Below, piece by piece: positions 1 through 12,339 of a stretch of 64,000 nt of DNA. Under the pieces are notes generated by a model. That model was not told where the DNA came from. It saw only the letters and a list, made by a program, of their open reading frames with translations, and did not search any database. This DNA comes from Octopus sinensis (taxonomy: Eukaryota), in the NCBI RefSeq assembly GCF_006345805.1, contig NC_043005.1, positions 22,196,001 through 22,260,000 on the forward strand. Direction: 5' to 3'. Positions within the stretch are counted from its first letter, which is position 1; each line of letters begins with the position of its first letter. Made by a program: the position numbers and the translations under genes.

Positions 1-80
1 TATCAAATGAGACTTGTCTGATTTAAGTTGTAGATCCTAGTATGTTGTCATACTGACTTAAATAATTCTCAGTTCCAGTC

Positions 81-140
81 AACTTAATAAACACCCAAGA
101 CCACCCTGGCAACTTAATAAACACTCAAGACCACCCTGGA
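81..140. repeat. 30-bp tandem duplication (2 copies)
   Basis: aacttaataaacac(c/t)caagaccaccctgg occurs twice back to back. Confidence 0.85.
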
Positions 141-432
141 TTTATGATGCAAACTTCCTATCTTAAAGTGATCTAAATTATAACTTCCATCAAAATTCCA
201 TGTTAACCTACATTCCAAACATCAGTTTCATAATAAAGTTTTATTACTACATACTTCATTATTTTCAGAATTGAAACAAAGGCAGTGTATTTCAAAATAG
301 ATTTGGTAACAAAAGGGTTAATGGGATAAAAAATAGTTTATTAAGATCTTCAAAATGAGGGAATCATTTCATGTATTCAATGATAGTCAGAGAATGGCAT
401 TCAGTTAATTGACTGCAATGAGAAATCCTGAT

Positions 433-572
433 TCAAAGAATGGAACACTTTAGGTCAACAGAATGTTTCTTCTCCTTTTTACTAGTTCGAAGTCTTTTTT
501 CCATGGAACGTAAGGAAATATCTTTTCTGTTGAATGCATTTCTTTTAGTTGAATACCAGCATTTTGGTAAAG
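433..572 (-). CDS. RAB23: Rab23 terminal coding exon (140 nt), polybasic tail and CaaX
   Basis: Poly-T tract and ag acceptor, then LPKCWYSTKRNAFNRKDISLRSMEKRLRTSKKEKKHSVDLKCSIL-TGA. Total spliced CDS is 708 nt, or 235 aa. Confidence 0.9.
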
Positions 573-2561
573 CTAAAAAAAAAAAAGGCCAACAAAATAA
601 AGTATTGTCTATTGTTAAAGAATAATGTTTATTTGGTGTATTGGATTAGAAGAGATGGTAAAGCATTGAACAAAATGCCTTTCAGCCTTTAGTTACATTC
701 TGAGATCAAATCCCACTTGGGTCAACTTTGTCTTTCCATCCAGGGTTGATAAAGTAACATTTAAAGACTGAATTAATTTAATGAACTTCCTTGCCCCTAA
801 GTTGCTAGCCTTATGCCTACATTAGAAATTGTTATCTGAGAGTAAAGTATTAAGCTCATAGCCTTAAGAGATCTTCCTAGACTAGTGGAGCCAATGTAAT
901 TACTGCTGTGTGTGTTATTTATTTGTAAAGTGTGGACAAGTGGCTAGAGTTGGCTGGTTTGGATGTTAAAAGCTTAGAGAACAAGTGGATGTTCTAATTA
1001 CTCAAGTGAAGTAAATTACTCCACAGTTATGAGAGATGCAGTAATGTAAGTCTTGAAGCATTCTTGGATGTATAAAGGTTTTAGATTTGAATTTAAACAT
1101 GGTGTTTTCTGACATACAGTCTCCAAAAAACCTTGAGCATTTAGATAGATATAATGAGAATGTAGTTAACTTATGTAAGCTACAACTGGTATGTGCAACT
1201 AAATCATCCCTTGATAAAATCTGTTACAGATTAGTTAGTGAGGAACCTTGCGACCAATGTAGACACCATAACTCCTGCAATAAGTTCTATATCATTTTAA
1301 AATGAAGCAGACCTGATGGGCTAAATATTCTCAGTACTATTACATGTAAAGGCTTGGTAAACAACCCAGCAAGAGAGATATTTCAACCTTTAATACCAGA
1401 AAAATTTGGATAAGCATATCATTCTATAATATTTCTTTTATCTGGTGCATGAGAGATACTGTGCAGTTACTTGACCAGCAAAAAATAACCAAATTTCCCA
1501 AATCACATCCCTTTAACATTCAGATTACATTATCAAATGTAATACTTATTTATTCCATTGTTTTTGAATTAATCATGCATTATTTTGTTTCCAGATTTCA
1601 ATGATGTGGCTGTTTATTTTTAGAATGACATTATAGAGTAGGTGTGTCAGGCCAGACCCAGCCAGTTTGAACATAAAACAGGAAGTGGTCAGTTTAAATG
1701 CTAAAGGGTTAAAGGAAAAAACATTAGATAATACAGTGATACAGTATAACTAGTGCTATGTCATGTATTGCTCACCTCCATATATGAACAACCAACAAAC
1801 AGGACCTCAAAACTGCTACAAATACTATATCATCATAAAGGATCTGTACTGGCCACCTTATGTCCAAAACATAGCTTAAAATAAAAACAACTTTTACTGT
1901 GTCACAAAGACTAGCCATCATCTTCATGAAAGAAATTACTTCACTTCCTAACAAATAACTCTTAATAAAGCTAAGTAAACTACAACAAAAAGAGGTCCCT
2001 CAACCAATTAGCATGAATAGCTTCCACAGTAATGCTATCTTTTCTCTGACTTTTCTGCAAGTGTGACCTCTGCTCCTTAGAAATAGATGGTCTCAGAACA
2101 CTCCTACTCAGGATCTCCTGTCCTCCTCTCGTCATCCATCTGGTGCTTATTGCATGGTCTGAGGACCATACAATAAGCACTACACCTAATCCTTTTTTCC
2201 CAGAACCTCATTGCACTAGACTCCCTATCTGCCATAATTTTCCTGCAGCTGTTTAAGAAATATTAACCGTGTTGATTTCACTGGTCTTGGAGGGTTTGTG
2301 AGGGCCATGGAGTATAGCCTCATCTTCCAGTAAGATGAGACAGTCACAGCTGTAATGTCTTTAATCATAAATTTGCTTATTTGGGTTGACCTAAGGCTAA
2401 ATAATCTTTTTGTACTTTTAGATATTCAGGGAAGGCAGGATAAAGCCCAGGATCCTTGCAAGCTTTCCAACATTGGTAAGATTAGCAAGAGATAAAATGA
2501 GACAATGTAAGAATTCTTACCAAAAAAAAAGAAAAAAGAAAAAAAAGAAATGAAACCTTAC

Positions 2562-2648
2562 TGGAACCAATTATTTTCTGGAAGGGAACATCTCCAGTTA
2601 GATGGAAATTCATTTCAGTGATATATTTCTCAGCTAAATACCTAAAAA
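2562..2648 (-). CDS. RAB23: Rab23 coding exon 6 (87 nt)
   Basis: Acceptor ttcctttag, then VFRYLAEKYITEMNFHLTGDVPFQKIIGS, then donor gtaagg. VFRYLAEKY matches the Rab23 VFKYLAEKY motif. Confidence 0.92.
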
Positions 2649-3389
2649 CTAAAGGAAAAAAAATAAACTCAATGTATCAAATAAATGCTTATTAGATTTG
2701 TTGTGAGAAGAAATATGGTCAATTTTTGGAAGGACCAATTTCTTCATTGGATATTGAAGAGAATAGAACTGAAAGAGTACACAAATGGAAGAATATGGGT
2801 GGTTATTATTATTAGAGCCACTGCATAGGTTTTTGGATTAACTGGTGTTACATTTCTTACAATAATGTCTTAATTGAAAGCTTTTTTTTAAAGTTACAAA
2901 GCACACAAGGCCTAAAATTGGGATGGGACAGAGGATGCATATCAGTTTCTAGACTTAATAACTTCCAGTTCCTGATTGGCACAACTTAGTTTTGAAAAAA
3001 AAAAAAAAATAACTATAGGTAGATATTAATATGGTGATCCATGTATTTAGAACATTGCTTTCACTTTTGTCATTCTACATTTAATACCATTTTATCTTAT
3101 TTAGCTGGTGAAGAACTTTCAGAACTTTTTGTACAGTATGAATTATTTTATGTTATAGGTTTTTGCTGCTGTTACATATAGACATACATGTATGTATGTG
3201 TGTGTGTGCACAGGTGCAGATATAACTGTGTTAAGTAGTTCATTTCCCAAGCAAGGGTTTCAGGTTCAGTCCCACAGGCAGCAGCTTGAGCAACTGTCCT
3301 GGCCTATCAAAGCTTTGTGAATGAATCTGGTACATGGAAACTGAAAGAAGCTATATGTGTGTGTGTGTGTGTGTGTATTCCTCAAGAAA

Positions 3390-3700
3390 AATGAAATAGT
3401 ATGCTCCAATGGATGTGCATCATCAGTATGCATGTACAACATAGTGCAAATGTTTTTGAGAGAAAAGTTGGGCATAAGAAGAATCAGATGTAGCTTCAAG
3501 AGAGAAGACTGTTGGTTTGGATATGTAATGCATATGAATGAAGACATCTGTATAAAGAATTTCCAAACACTTAAAGTGGATGGCACTTGTGGAAGAAGGA
3601 AACCAGGAAGACTTGGGAGTGACAGCAGATGTCAAATGTTGGGACTCACAGAAGAGATGACAATGGACTAAGATGTTAGGTGATAGAGAAGACCTGCCCC
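3390..3700 (+). mobile_element. RTE-clade LINE 3' fragment (degenerate)
   Basis: LREKLGIRRI...WFGYVMHMNEDICIK...VDGTCGRRKP resembles the RTE ORF2 C-terminus (LRWxGHVxRM..GxRxRGRP). Confidence 0.7.
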
Positions 3701-4582
3701 CACCCCCTCAGTGAAACTGAGTTCTGGGAGTGCTGTGTCACATTAACTTACACAGCTTATCTCAAAGAACCAAACTGCATCTATTTTTCTCCTCTTCTTC
3801 ATGCACTATGCTAACCTCTCCATCCCCACTCCTGTCCTCTTCACAGCCAACTGTATCATTGCTGTCTTGTTGTCCCCCACTACCTCATATATCTGTTTCA
3901 TCTCTCACAGTATATCCCCCTTTCCTTTCTCCCCTTTTTTGCACCTTGTGAACTCTCTACTCACACACTCTGGGCAATCTTCTACCATTCCATTTATATT
4001 CACATCCTTTGACCTACAGAATATGCACCAGTACATTGCTAACATCTCCCATTCTCACTCACTTCCTCCAACTGTGGTAACCATGCGTCTCCTCTACAGC
4101 AAGACACCTGTTACTGTCCCTCTGCCATACTCTAATCTCTCATCAACTGGCACAAAGCCACCCCCTCTCACTTGGTGATCTTGCTGGTGTTGGCACTATG
4201 TAAAAAGCACCCTGTCTGCTCTGCAAAATCGTTGGTGTTAGGAAGGGATTCCAGCCATAGAAACCGTATCAAAGCATACAGTGGAACTTGGCAGTCTTCT
4301 GGCTTACCAGCTCCAATCACACCGACCAACCAATTCCAACATGGAAGACAGATGTTAAACGATGATGATGAGATATATTCACACACACACACATCATACA
4401 TATATCTGTATGCACATGTGGGTGTACATTTTATTTTATTTTATTTTGCCCCACTAGTGTGTTTGATCAAAATTTACTTTTGCTTTTGTGAAAGAGATAT
4501 CTATAGAATAAGTACAAATTCTGAATTACTTCCTGAAACATCAGTCCTAGTTTTTAGTCAAAATAAACCATTTTACACTTAC

Positions 4583-4665
4583 CTTCATTAACATTTAAAT
4601 TATCTTTCACCGAAATTCTATAGAATCTCAGCTGTAACTTCTGTGACAAAGCTTCAGCTTCTTGT
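4583..4665 (-). CDS. RAB23: Rab23 coding exon 5 (83 nt)
   Basis: Acceptor ctctcaag, then QEAEALSQKLQLRFYRISVKDNLNVNE (G5 region), then donor gtaagt. Confidence 0.95.
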
Positions 4666-4919
4666 CTTGAGAGAATCAAATGATAAAATAATAATAATAA
4701 CATCAGTTTCTAAGCTTATTTACAATTTTTTCTAGAAATAAATTCAATAATCAATTTTTAAGTATGGTGATACATAGAAATCTTATGAAATTTCTAAATA
4801 AGATAATTAAAGAGGTACAAGTGGAGTACGCTTATTGTACAATTTAACTTTTCCACCTACAACCTAGTCATATATTGTATGTTGATATATTTTTGCCCAT
4901 ACATTGTGTATATACTTAT

Positions 4920-5120
4920 TTCAAATTTTGGCACAAAGCCAGCAATTTTGGGGGAGTGGGTAAGTCAATTACATCGACCCCAGTGCTCAACTGGTGCTTA
5001 TTTTATCAACCCCAAATGTATGAAAGACAAAGTCAACCATAGTATAATTTGAACTCAACAAAGGCAGACGAAATGCTGATAATGCCCAGTATGCTAACAA
5101 CTCTGCCAGCTTTCCACCTT
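4920..5120 (-). mobile_element. SINE, tRNA-derived, with conserved central domain
   Basis: On the minus strand it has a GAGTTCAAAT B-box and GTCTTTCATAC..GGGGTTGATAAAATAAGCACCAG. The family recurs many times in the window. Confidence 0.75.
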
Positions 5121-6129
5121 ACATTGTGTATATATTAAAATTATAGTGATTACATTGCCATCACTGGAATATTACTGTTATTTGCTTTTGCAGCAAGTTA
5201 TTGAAAGGCAAACAAAAATTCTAAGTATGAAAACAAAACATGAATAACAGTTACAAATAAAACACATTGTACTTGAATTATGCCAATTTTCATTCAAGAA
5301 ATTATTCACCAATTGTGTACTTCATTTCCTGAGAAATACAAAGTGTTCTGTTTATCACTTAAGCATTATGGGGGCAATATGTGAGATAATCAGTAGAGTT
5401 TTATGATTTTTACCTATGTTCCTTTGCTGAGTTTGCCTGCAAAAGTCACCAATAAAGCAAGTACCAATCAAGTACTAAGGTTGATCTAATCAACTACATC
5501 CTCCCTCAAAATTTGCTTGTGCTCATATTACATATAAATTTTAGGAGCAACATCTAGAAATCTCTAGTATGAAAGTGATACTAGATAACATTGCCAGTTC
5601 ACTTAGCAGGCACAGAAGTGCTGGCTGTCATGCCTCTCCAAGATGCATAGGTGATGAAATTATTCTTCATAAATTCATTTCATGTCTGAATATCACTGAT
5701 ATGTAGCAGTGTATGTCAGATGGCTGTTACTTGATGTAAAAACTAACCAACCACATTTGTTTAGTAAAGGGAACAGACAGTAGTTTTTCTCTGTCTGGTG
5801 GGTCTGAGATAAGTTGTTGTACAATGGGCACATTCAAAAGATTATCTTTCTGACTATGCCCTCATACACTTCGCTTGAAGCAGAAGATAAGGATGAAGAA
5901 CGAGGTTCTGTCCTGAGTAAATTTCATGAAAAGTGAATGCAAGTCATGAAAAAAACAGTATTTGAATTTTGTCTGGAGTATGTATCAGTATAGGGCAAGT
6001 GCCCAGAGATGGCATTCAGAGTTTTGTGGTACCTTAACATGTTTGTAATCCTGGTGTATTTTCTTATGGTGCCCCTTTAACAAAAAAAAACCCCAATTAC
6101 TATTGTCATTATTATTATTATCTTTAAAA

Positions 6130-6550
6130 CAGTGAGCTGGCAGAATTGTTAGCATGTTAGACAAAATGTTTACTATTTCTTCCAACTCTTTACATTCTGA
6201 ATTCAAATTCTGCTGAGAGTAAACATTGCCTTTTATCATTTCTGGAGTGATAAAACAAGTACTAGTTGAGTACTGGGGTCAATGTAATCAAATCCCTCTT
6301 GCCTGAAATTGCTATTAATATTATTAGTAGTAGTAGTAAGGCAGCAAGCTGGTAGAATTGGTAGCATACCAGGCAAAATGCTTAGTGGGTGTTTTGTCTG
6401 TCTTTACATTCTGAGTTCAATGTCTGCTGTGGCTAACTTTGCCTTTCACTCTTTTGGGGTCAATAAAATAAGTACTAGTTGATTACTGGGATCAATGCAA
6501 TTCATTTACCTCCTCCCCCGAAATTACTGGCTTTGTGCTACAATTTGAAA
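6130..6550 (+). mobile_element. Two tandem SINE copies (same family)
   Basis: Each copy has AGCTGGYAGAAT (A-box), CTGARTTCAA (B-box) and TTGCCTTT..GGRGTSAATAAAATAAGTACTAG, and ends in (TAT)n. Other copies lie near 650-830, 9110-9490, 19590-19810, 20075-20300, 28800-29090, 43400-43510, 48975-49180, 51810-51955 and 61270-61650. Confidence 0.8.
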
Positions 6551-6590
6551 CTATTATTATTATTGGGAGGCACGCAGTGACCAACAACAG

Positions 6591-7830
6591 AATGAGGTTA
6601 GCATGGTCAGTTACTGGCTTTTATTCACTTGAGATTGTGTCAACTGTTTGAATCTACACAACAGAGTACACCTTTTGGACACATGAACGTGGTTGTCTTT
6701 GGTGATTTGTTTCAATTATCACCTGTTAAAGAAAAAGTGGTGTCTAAAAGAATCAGTTGCCATGATGCCCAAAGAGCATGCTTAGGCATTAGCAGCCACT
6801 ACTTGTTGAGATTCTTTGATTATGATGAGTTGACAGTTAACATGTATCAGAAAGGCAATATGAAGAATTACGTTAACATGCTCAGCTGAATCAGATTGGG
6901 TTTACTGCTTGACTCTGACATCCAAATTCTTAATGAGCATAGAATTGAATCCAACGGCAAAGCTGCTCTCAAACAGGTTGCTTACAAAATGTGTGAGCTG
7001 ACTCAGACAACTGATTTGAGTATCATTTGCATTATACCTATGAACGACTCGGTAACAGCATTTAGCAACCTTATGCTTGTTAAATTTGGCATTAGTGCTG
7101 TCGAGATTGCTGCCACTGATTCCAGCATGTGGCAAACCAAAGGTCAAAAAAAGAAAACTAAAAGTAAGAAGTTGACCACCCAGGCAAAAAAAAAAAAAAA
7201 GTGTGATACTGCTGGCCTTGAAACTGTCCTTAAAGTTGGTATTAATGCTTGAGTAATGCTTAAGCACAACATGGATGCAGACAGTGGTTTGTGCAATGGT
7301 GAGATGGGAACTGTCAAGACTCAACTACGAATTTGGAAAGATTACTTCCATTGACGTTCTCTTTGATAGTTTAAACAAAGTCTTTTTCCATCAAAACTAT
7401 CAAAGCCAACTACGAATTGTCACCTGGTGTGTTCATCACTAGAGATCAATTTCCCTTGTGTATTGCATATGCAATTTCTATCCACAAATCACAGGGAATA
7501 AGTGTCAATAGTGTCATTGTTGATTTGGGGACCGGCGTTTTCTCCGACAGTATGGCTTATGTGGCCTTGTTCAGAGCTCGCAAACTGTGCAATGTTCACT
7601 TGATTGATCTTGATCCATCGAGTTTGATCATGTGTGATTCCAATGCTTGGAAAGAATATAACTATTTGAGAGAGTGCATTAATGTGGAACCACTTCCATT
7701 GTGTAACGTGAGGCTTAAAATTATTAAACAAGCTAAAAAGGCAACTAAGGAGAGTAAAGTTGCCATAAATATGGATAGTGAAATCATCAACTTGCTGAAA
7801 TTGAAAAAGGCTAGATTTGACAACAACAGT
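6591..7830 (+). pseudogene. PIF1-family (SF1B) DNA helicase, 5'-truncated and frameshifted; Helentron/Helitron-like RepHel remnant
   Basis: Ordered motifs across frames: NEVSMV (Walker B remnant), PFGHMNVVVFGDLFQLSPV, ELTVNMYQ, LKVGINA*VMLKHNMDADSGLCNGEMGTV, QFPLCIAYAISIHKSQG, VDLGTGVFSDSMAYVALFRAR. Intronless, with internal stops. Confidence 0.92.
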
Positions 7831-7837
7831 TGCAAAG

Positions 7838-8470
7838 CCGTACAATGAGAGGAACACTTGTTTTGTGAACAGCATGATACAGGTTATCTGTCAGCTACCT
7901 TTGTAGGCCAAATATATGCAGTCCAGTAATGATATTGTCAATATTACATCTTCATCTGGAACTAATTGGTAGCCAACTTGAGAAATATTATTGGCAGCAG
8001 GTTTAACAATGGTACTCAGCAGTGTGCGCATGATTTTTGGAAGCACATTTATTATTCACTGCCTGAAAATGTGAAACAAACATTCATGTTTGAGGAGAAT
8101 ACCTTGCTCAGGTGCACTAGAAAATACGAGGCCAATTGCCCCAAATTACACAATAACGAGTGTGATTGCGTATTGACCAATGGGTGTGGCACTTCCATGA
8201 ATACGGCCAACCTCAAGTCTGATCTGAAGATGCATCCTATTAGTGACAGTTTAAAAGCTTGCTCAAAAATGAGACTTCAATTATCAAGAGGTGCAGTCTG
8301 TGTGGCATTGACACCGAGCACACTGGTATAGTGAGCCGTGTGTTCCCAAACACTATGTATTACTTGGTTGTTTATTTGAACAGATTCAAATATATAGACA
8401 ATCAGATGGTCAGGATTAATTCAGAGTTGATGAATTATTCTGTTGACAATAGGGATAACCTTTATGTTTG
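7838..8470 (+). pseudogene. Ubiquitin-specific protease (peptidase C19/UCH) domain remnant directly after the helicase
   Basis: Cys-box YNERNTCFVNSMIQVI (Cys codon 7859-7861), FNNGTQQCAHDFW (QQDAHEF box), KRCSLC zinc pair, and FPNTMYYLVVYLNRF (LxIxLKRF box). The His-box is absent because of truncation at about 8470. Confidence 0.8.
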
Positions 8471-9060
8471 ACTCATAGCCGCCACATCTTAGTGATTTCA
8501 ATTCTCAGGTTTCCATATTTATCAACATTTTTCTCTTTCTTTCATGATGATATGTTGATCTCCAGGCACTGCCATGTCAATTATTAGGCACTCTTGTTTG
8601 TCCCTCCTAAAGGTTACTATATCTAGCCTTTGGTGCTCTAACACCCTGTATCTGGAAATCAAAATCCCAGAGGATTTTTGCCTTCCCCTTTTCCATACTT
8701 ATGGCATAATAGCCAGTTGAGGTTTTGGGCTACCTTGTCATGTCTAGACTTGTACTCTTTCTGTGCAAGACTTTCACGAGCACTAACAATGTGAGTCACG
8801 CTTTCGACACTCTGCCGACACATTCTGCTGAGGTCTGTTGCACTTGTGTGATATATATTCTTTTTCATGGAGTTGGTATTCAATGCCTGGCCCTGGGCAG
8901 CAATGATTAGGCTTTCAGTATTCTTTTTTAGGTTACCCTTGTTGAGCTACCTCCATGATGCTTCCTAGTCTTTTAATTTGTTGGTTTCACGGTGGAACTG
9001 ACCATGTAATTCCATATGGAGTAGGATTTCTTCTCTCTCGTTGGCTGTTCTTGATCGAAA
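8470..9060 (-). mobile_element. R4/Dong-like RLE-type non-LTR retrotransposon fragment
   Basis: RMCRQSVESVTHIVSA..SLAQKEYKSRHDKVA (CCHC plus RHD), then LWDFDFQ..LEHQRLDIV..ECLIIDMAVPGD (PD-D/ExK endonuclease). Confidence 0.85.
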
Positions 9061-9599
9061 TTCACGAGCACTCTCAAGTCCATTTTTGTTTATTGTGGTG
9101 GTGATGGGTGATGGTGAACTGACAAAGCTGTTAACATATCAGACAATACTAAGATCAAATTCTGCCATGGTTGATTTTGCCTTTCATCCTTTCAGGGTCA
9201 ATAAAATAAGCATCAGTCATGTACTGAGGGTTGATGTAATTGAGTATTCCTCTCCCAAAATTTCAGACCTTGTGTCTATAATAGAAAGGATTATTATAAT
9301 GGTGACTATGTAGAGCACTGGAAAAAAGGCCATACAGTATTTCTTCTGGCCCTTTATGTTCTGAGCTCAAATCCTGCTGAGGTCAACTTTGCTTTTCATT
9401 CCTCCAAAGTCAGTAAAATAATGTACTAGTTGAGATTGGGACTGATTTAATCAACCCCTTCCCCACGAATTTTTGGCCTTGTGCTTATATTCAAAACAAG
9501 AGTGGTAGATAAAATACTTTGTAGCATTTAATTTTAGCTCTTTAAGTTTTGAGTTCAAACAAGGAAGTTAAGAGGATCTCCAAAAATTGGGTGTTAATT

Positions 9600-10290
9600 A
9601 TTTTGGAAGATATTCAATACCCAAGTACCAATCTCAAAATCTTAGCTGTTTCCAGCGGAGCTGTTTCCAGCGGAGCTGTTTTATGAGCCTGCTCCCATGT
9701 CAATTCCGATTTTTCTGACATATTTCTCATACTTGGTTGTTAGCACTCTGAGTGCCCCTACAACTGCTGGGATAACAGACACTCTCTTCTTGGCCCACAT
9801 TCTTGCAATTTCGTCTTTTAGTAGTCTGTACTTTTCCATCTTTTCTAGTTCTTTGTCACTTATGCATGCATCCCTAGATATTGTAATATCTATAGTCTTG
9901 GTTTCCTTTTTTCTTTTATCTTCCATAACAATGCCTGGTCTCCGTGCATTGATTAGGGAGTCACATTGGATTGTAAAATTCCAGAGTATCTTATATTTAT
10001 TGTTCTCGGTGACTCCTGGTTCATGTTTGTACCATTTCTGTGCTTTGTTCAAGCCATACTTTTCACATAGCTTCAAGTGGATGAACTTAGCCACATTATA
10101 ATGCCTCCTTCTGTAGTGCTTTTGGGCCAGCTTGCTACACTCAGTCACTTTTGCTGCCACACATGCTACAAAGGGGCAATTCACTGTTCTTATCTATTTA
10201 GAACTTGATGTAATTAGTTCTCAGAGTTTGTTCTTGGGTGCTGCATGCCAATGCCTCAGTGCATCCTTTCAGATCACTTTTTCTTTGTCA
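9600..10290 (-). mobile_element. Second R4/Dong-like RLE LINE 3' fragment
   Basis: CSKLAQKHYRRRHYNVA, ILWNFTIQCDSLINARRPGIV, IDITISRD, VIPAVVGAL, and terminal TAKILRLVLG. Confidence 0.85.
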
Positions 10291-10301
10291 TCACCAATAA
10301 T

Positions 10302-10360
10302 TGCTGCTGCTGCTACTGCTACTACTACTACTACAACTACTGCTGCTGCTACTGCTACTA

Positions 10361-10392
<32 letters not shown>

Positions 10393-10406
10393 ACTACAAC
10401 AACAAC
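10302..10406. repeat. Compound (GCT)n/(ACT)n/(ACA)n microsatellite
   Basis: Read directly from the sequence. Confidence 0.95.
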
Positions 10407-11402
10407 AGATAGACATAGATGTTAAGAGATGAGATGATATTTGGATTGTCCAGTTCAGAAATAATGTGTAATATAATATCCTTTGCATATATTTAGTCAT
10501 TTGATTTAGAACTACCATTTCAACTGCTCGTGCTCTTTTATCATTATTAGTATTATAAATACTAAAGGGTTAAATTCTAGAATATACACTCCACTATGTG
10601 AATCAACATATTTGACACCATTTGTGTAATGAATACTTTCTAGAATGGTGTATCTTGTCAAAGATTTCACTCTTTAGCATCCATAATACAAATGGTGTTA
10701 CATATGTTAATGTACTCACATACAGTAGCTTAGTTGTACCTTGTCCAAAGTTTAATCTTTTAGCATTCATAAGACAGACAGCTATTGCTGAAACAGCAAA
10801 TTTTTTATAAAAGCTGTCCCAGCAGTAACCATTGTTTCTTATTGACTATAGTGTATCTAGGAGATTTTTACGATAGTACAGAATGCTCTAGTAGAGATTT
10901 GGTTGTTATTTTTAGCAATTGTGAAAGTTCACTTGTACTGATAACTCTGACAGCATTAGATATATTGATGTATAGCTATTGCAGTTTGATGATCAGCAAT
11001 ATGGAAATTCATGTAATTAGAGATGAGGAACTTGTGACAATAACCATAAACAGCTCTCATTCCTTGGCACTGAATACTGTTTTAAACTTCCCCCTGGTAC
11101 ATACATATGCTATACACAGATATATTGAAATATTCAGATAAATTAAGACAATCTCTCTTGCATCCTTTGTGACATTTAATGTTTATAACTTTAGACAGGC
11201 AGTTTTCTCATAAAGTACAGTTATGAATATTAAAGGGTTTAACTTTAGATGCACAATTGTAGATAGTTAGTTTTACTTTTATTTCTAAAATATTAAATGA
11301 ACAAATACCTCTTTTAAAATATTTAAAGAAGAAAAAAGATTAACTAAAATAAAAGTAAAAAGATTTTTGAAGGACAAAATTGATAAATGAAATCCAATTT
11401 AC

Positions 11403-11482
11403 ATTTGTACAACTGCTTCGTCTATCAAGTCAATTTTGTTCTGTACAATAACAGTTATAATACTGCCAACTTCCTCTTCGAC
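11403..11482 (-). CDS. RAB23: Rab23 coding exon 4 (80 nt)
   Basis: Acceptor tctcatag, then VEEEVGSIITVIVQNKIDLIDEAVVQ (G4 NKID), then donor gtaaat. Confidence 0.96.
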
Positions 11483-12339
11483 CTATGAGAGAAAAGGAGA
11501 TATGGGAAGGAAGTAATTAAAAAAGAATAAAAAGATGGAATAAATATAAAAACTATAAATTGTTTCATATATTAAACTGCTAGGATGAATTATTTTAAAA
11601 ATAATTGTTAATTCCCAGACCACTAATCTCATCTTTTCTAATTCATTGCTCTGTTGTAATTCTGATTGACATCAGGAACCCTGTTCCAACATAGTTATCT
11701 GGGCCCATTTTGAACTCAGAATCTTATTTCAAATACAAAATTTCAATTCTATTAACAATGGTATTACAGTTTCTCAGAATCTACGTAAATAATGATTTCA
11801 ATTCAGAAATCAGCTCTGAAAATGTGTCTTTATATTTAGGAATACAATAGCTAAAGATGATTAGATTAGAGAAAGGGTCAATCAAAAAATTATGTAGAAT
11901 ATAAGAACAAGAAAGATACAGTTGAAATTTTGTATTATGATTTCAATTTTATAGTTTTTTTTTTAATTTGATATTTTTATAAATATTAATTTCTTATTCA
12001 TTAGACTCAAGGTTACAAATTTAGAGGTGAGGATTTCTCAATGGCTTTAATACACATAGATAATTTTCAGTATTTCAGATAATATGCCAAAACAGTTACA
12101 GAAGTCTAGTGCAGGCTTCTGCCTGGCCAGCTCCTGTCAAACCGTCCCACCCATGCCAGCATGGAAGGTGGATGTTAAACGATGATGATGATGATACATA
12201 GATCATTTTCAGATATCAGTGTACACACATACATGTATGAATATGTGTTCAGAAACTGTCGGCCTATGAACTCTGTCTCACTTTATTTGAATGAATGGAT
12301 TCCTGTCAGATCACACCATAGCAGTATGAACTGATGAGT

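Noticed and set aside
1775-1857. Minus-strand ag...GAG/gtgag pair as an extra Rab23 exon
   Set aside because: The acceptor is weak, there is no Rab23 similarity, and exons 6 and 7 already join in frame.
10132-10518. Poly-Thr/Ala and poly-Ser ORFs
   Set aside because: These are translations of a trinucleotide microsatellite.
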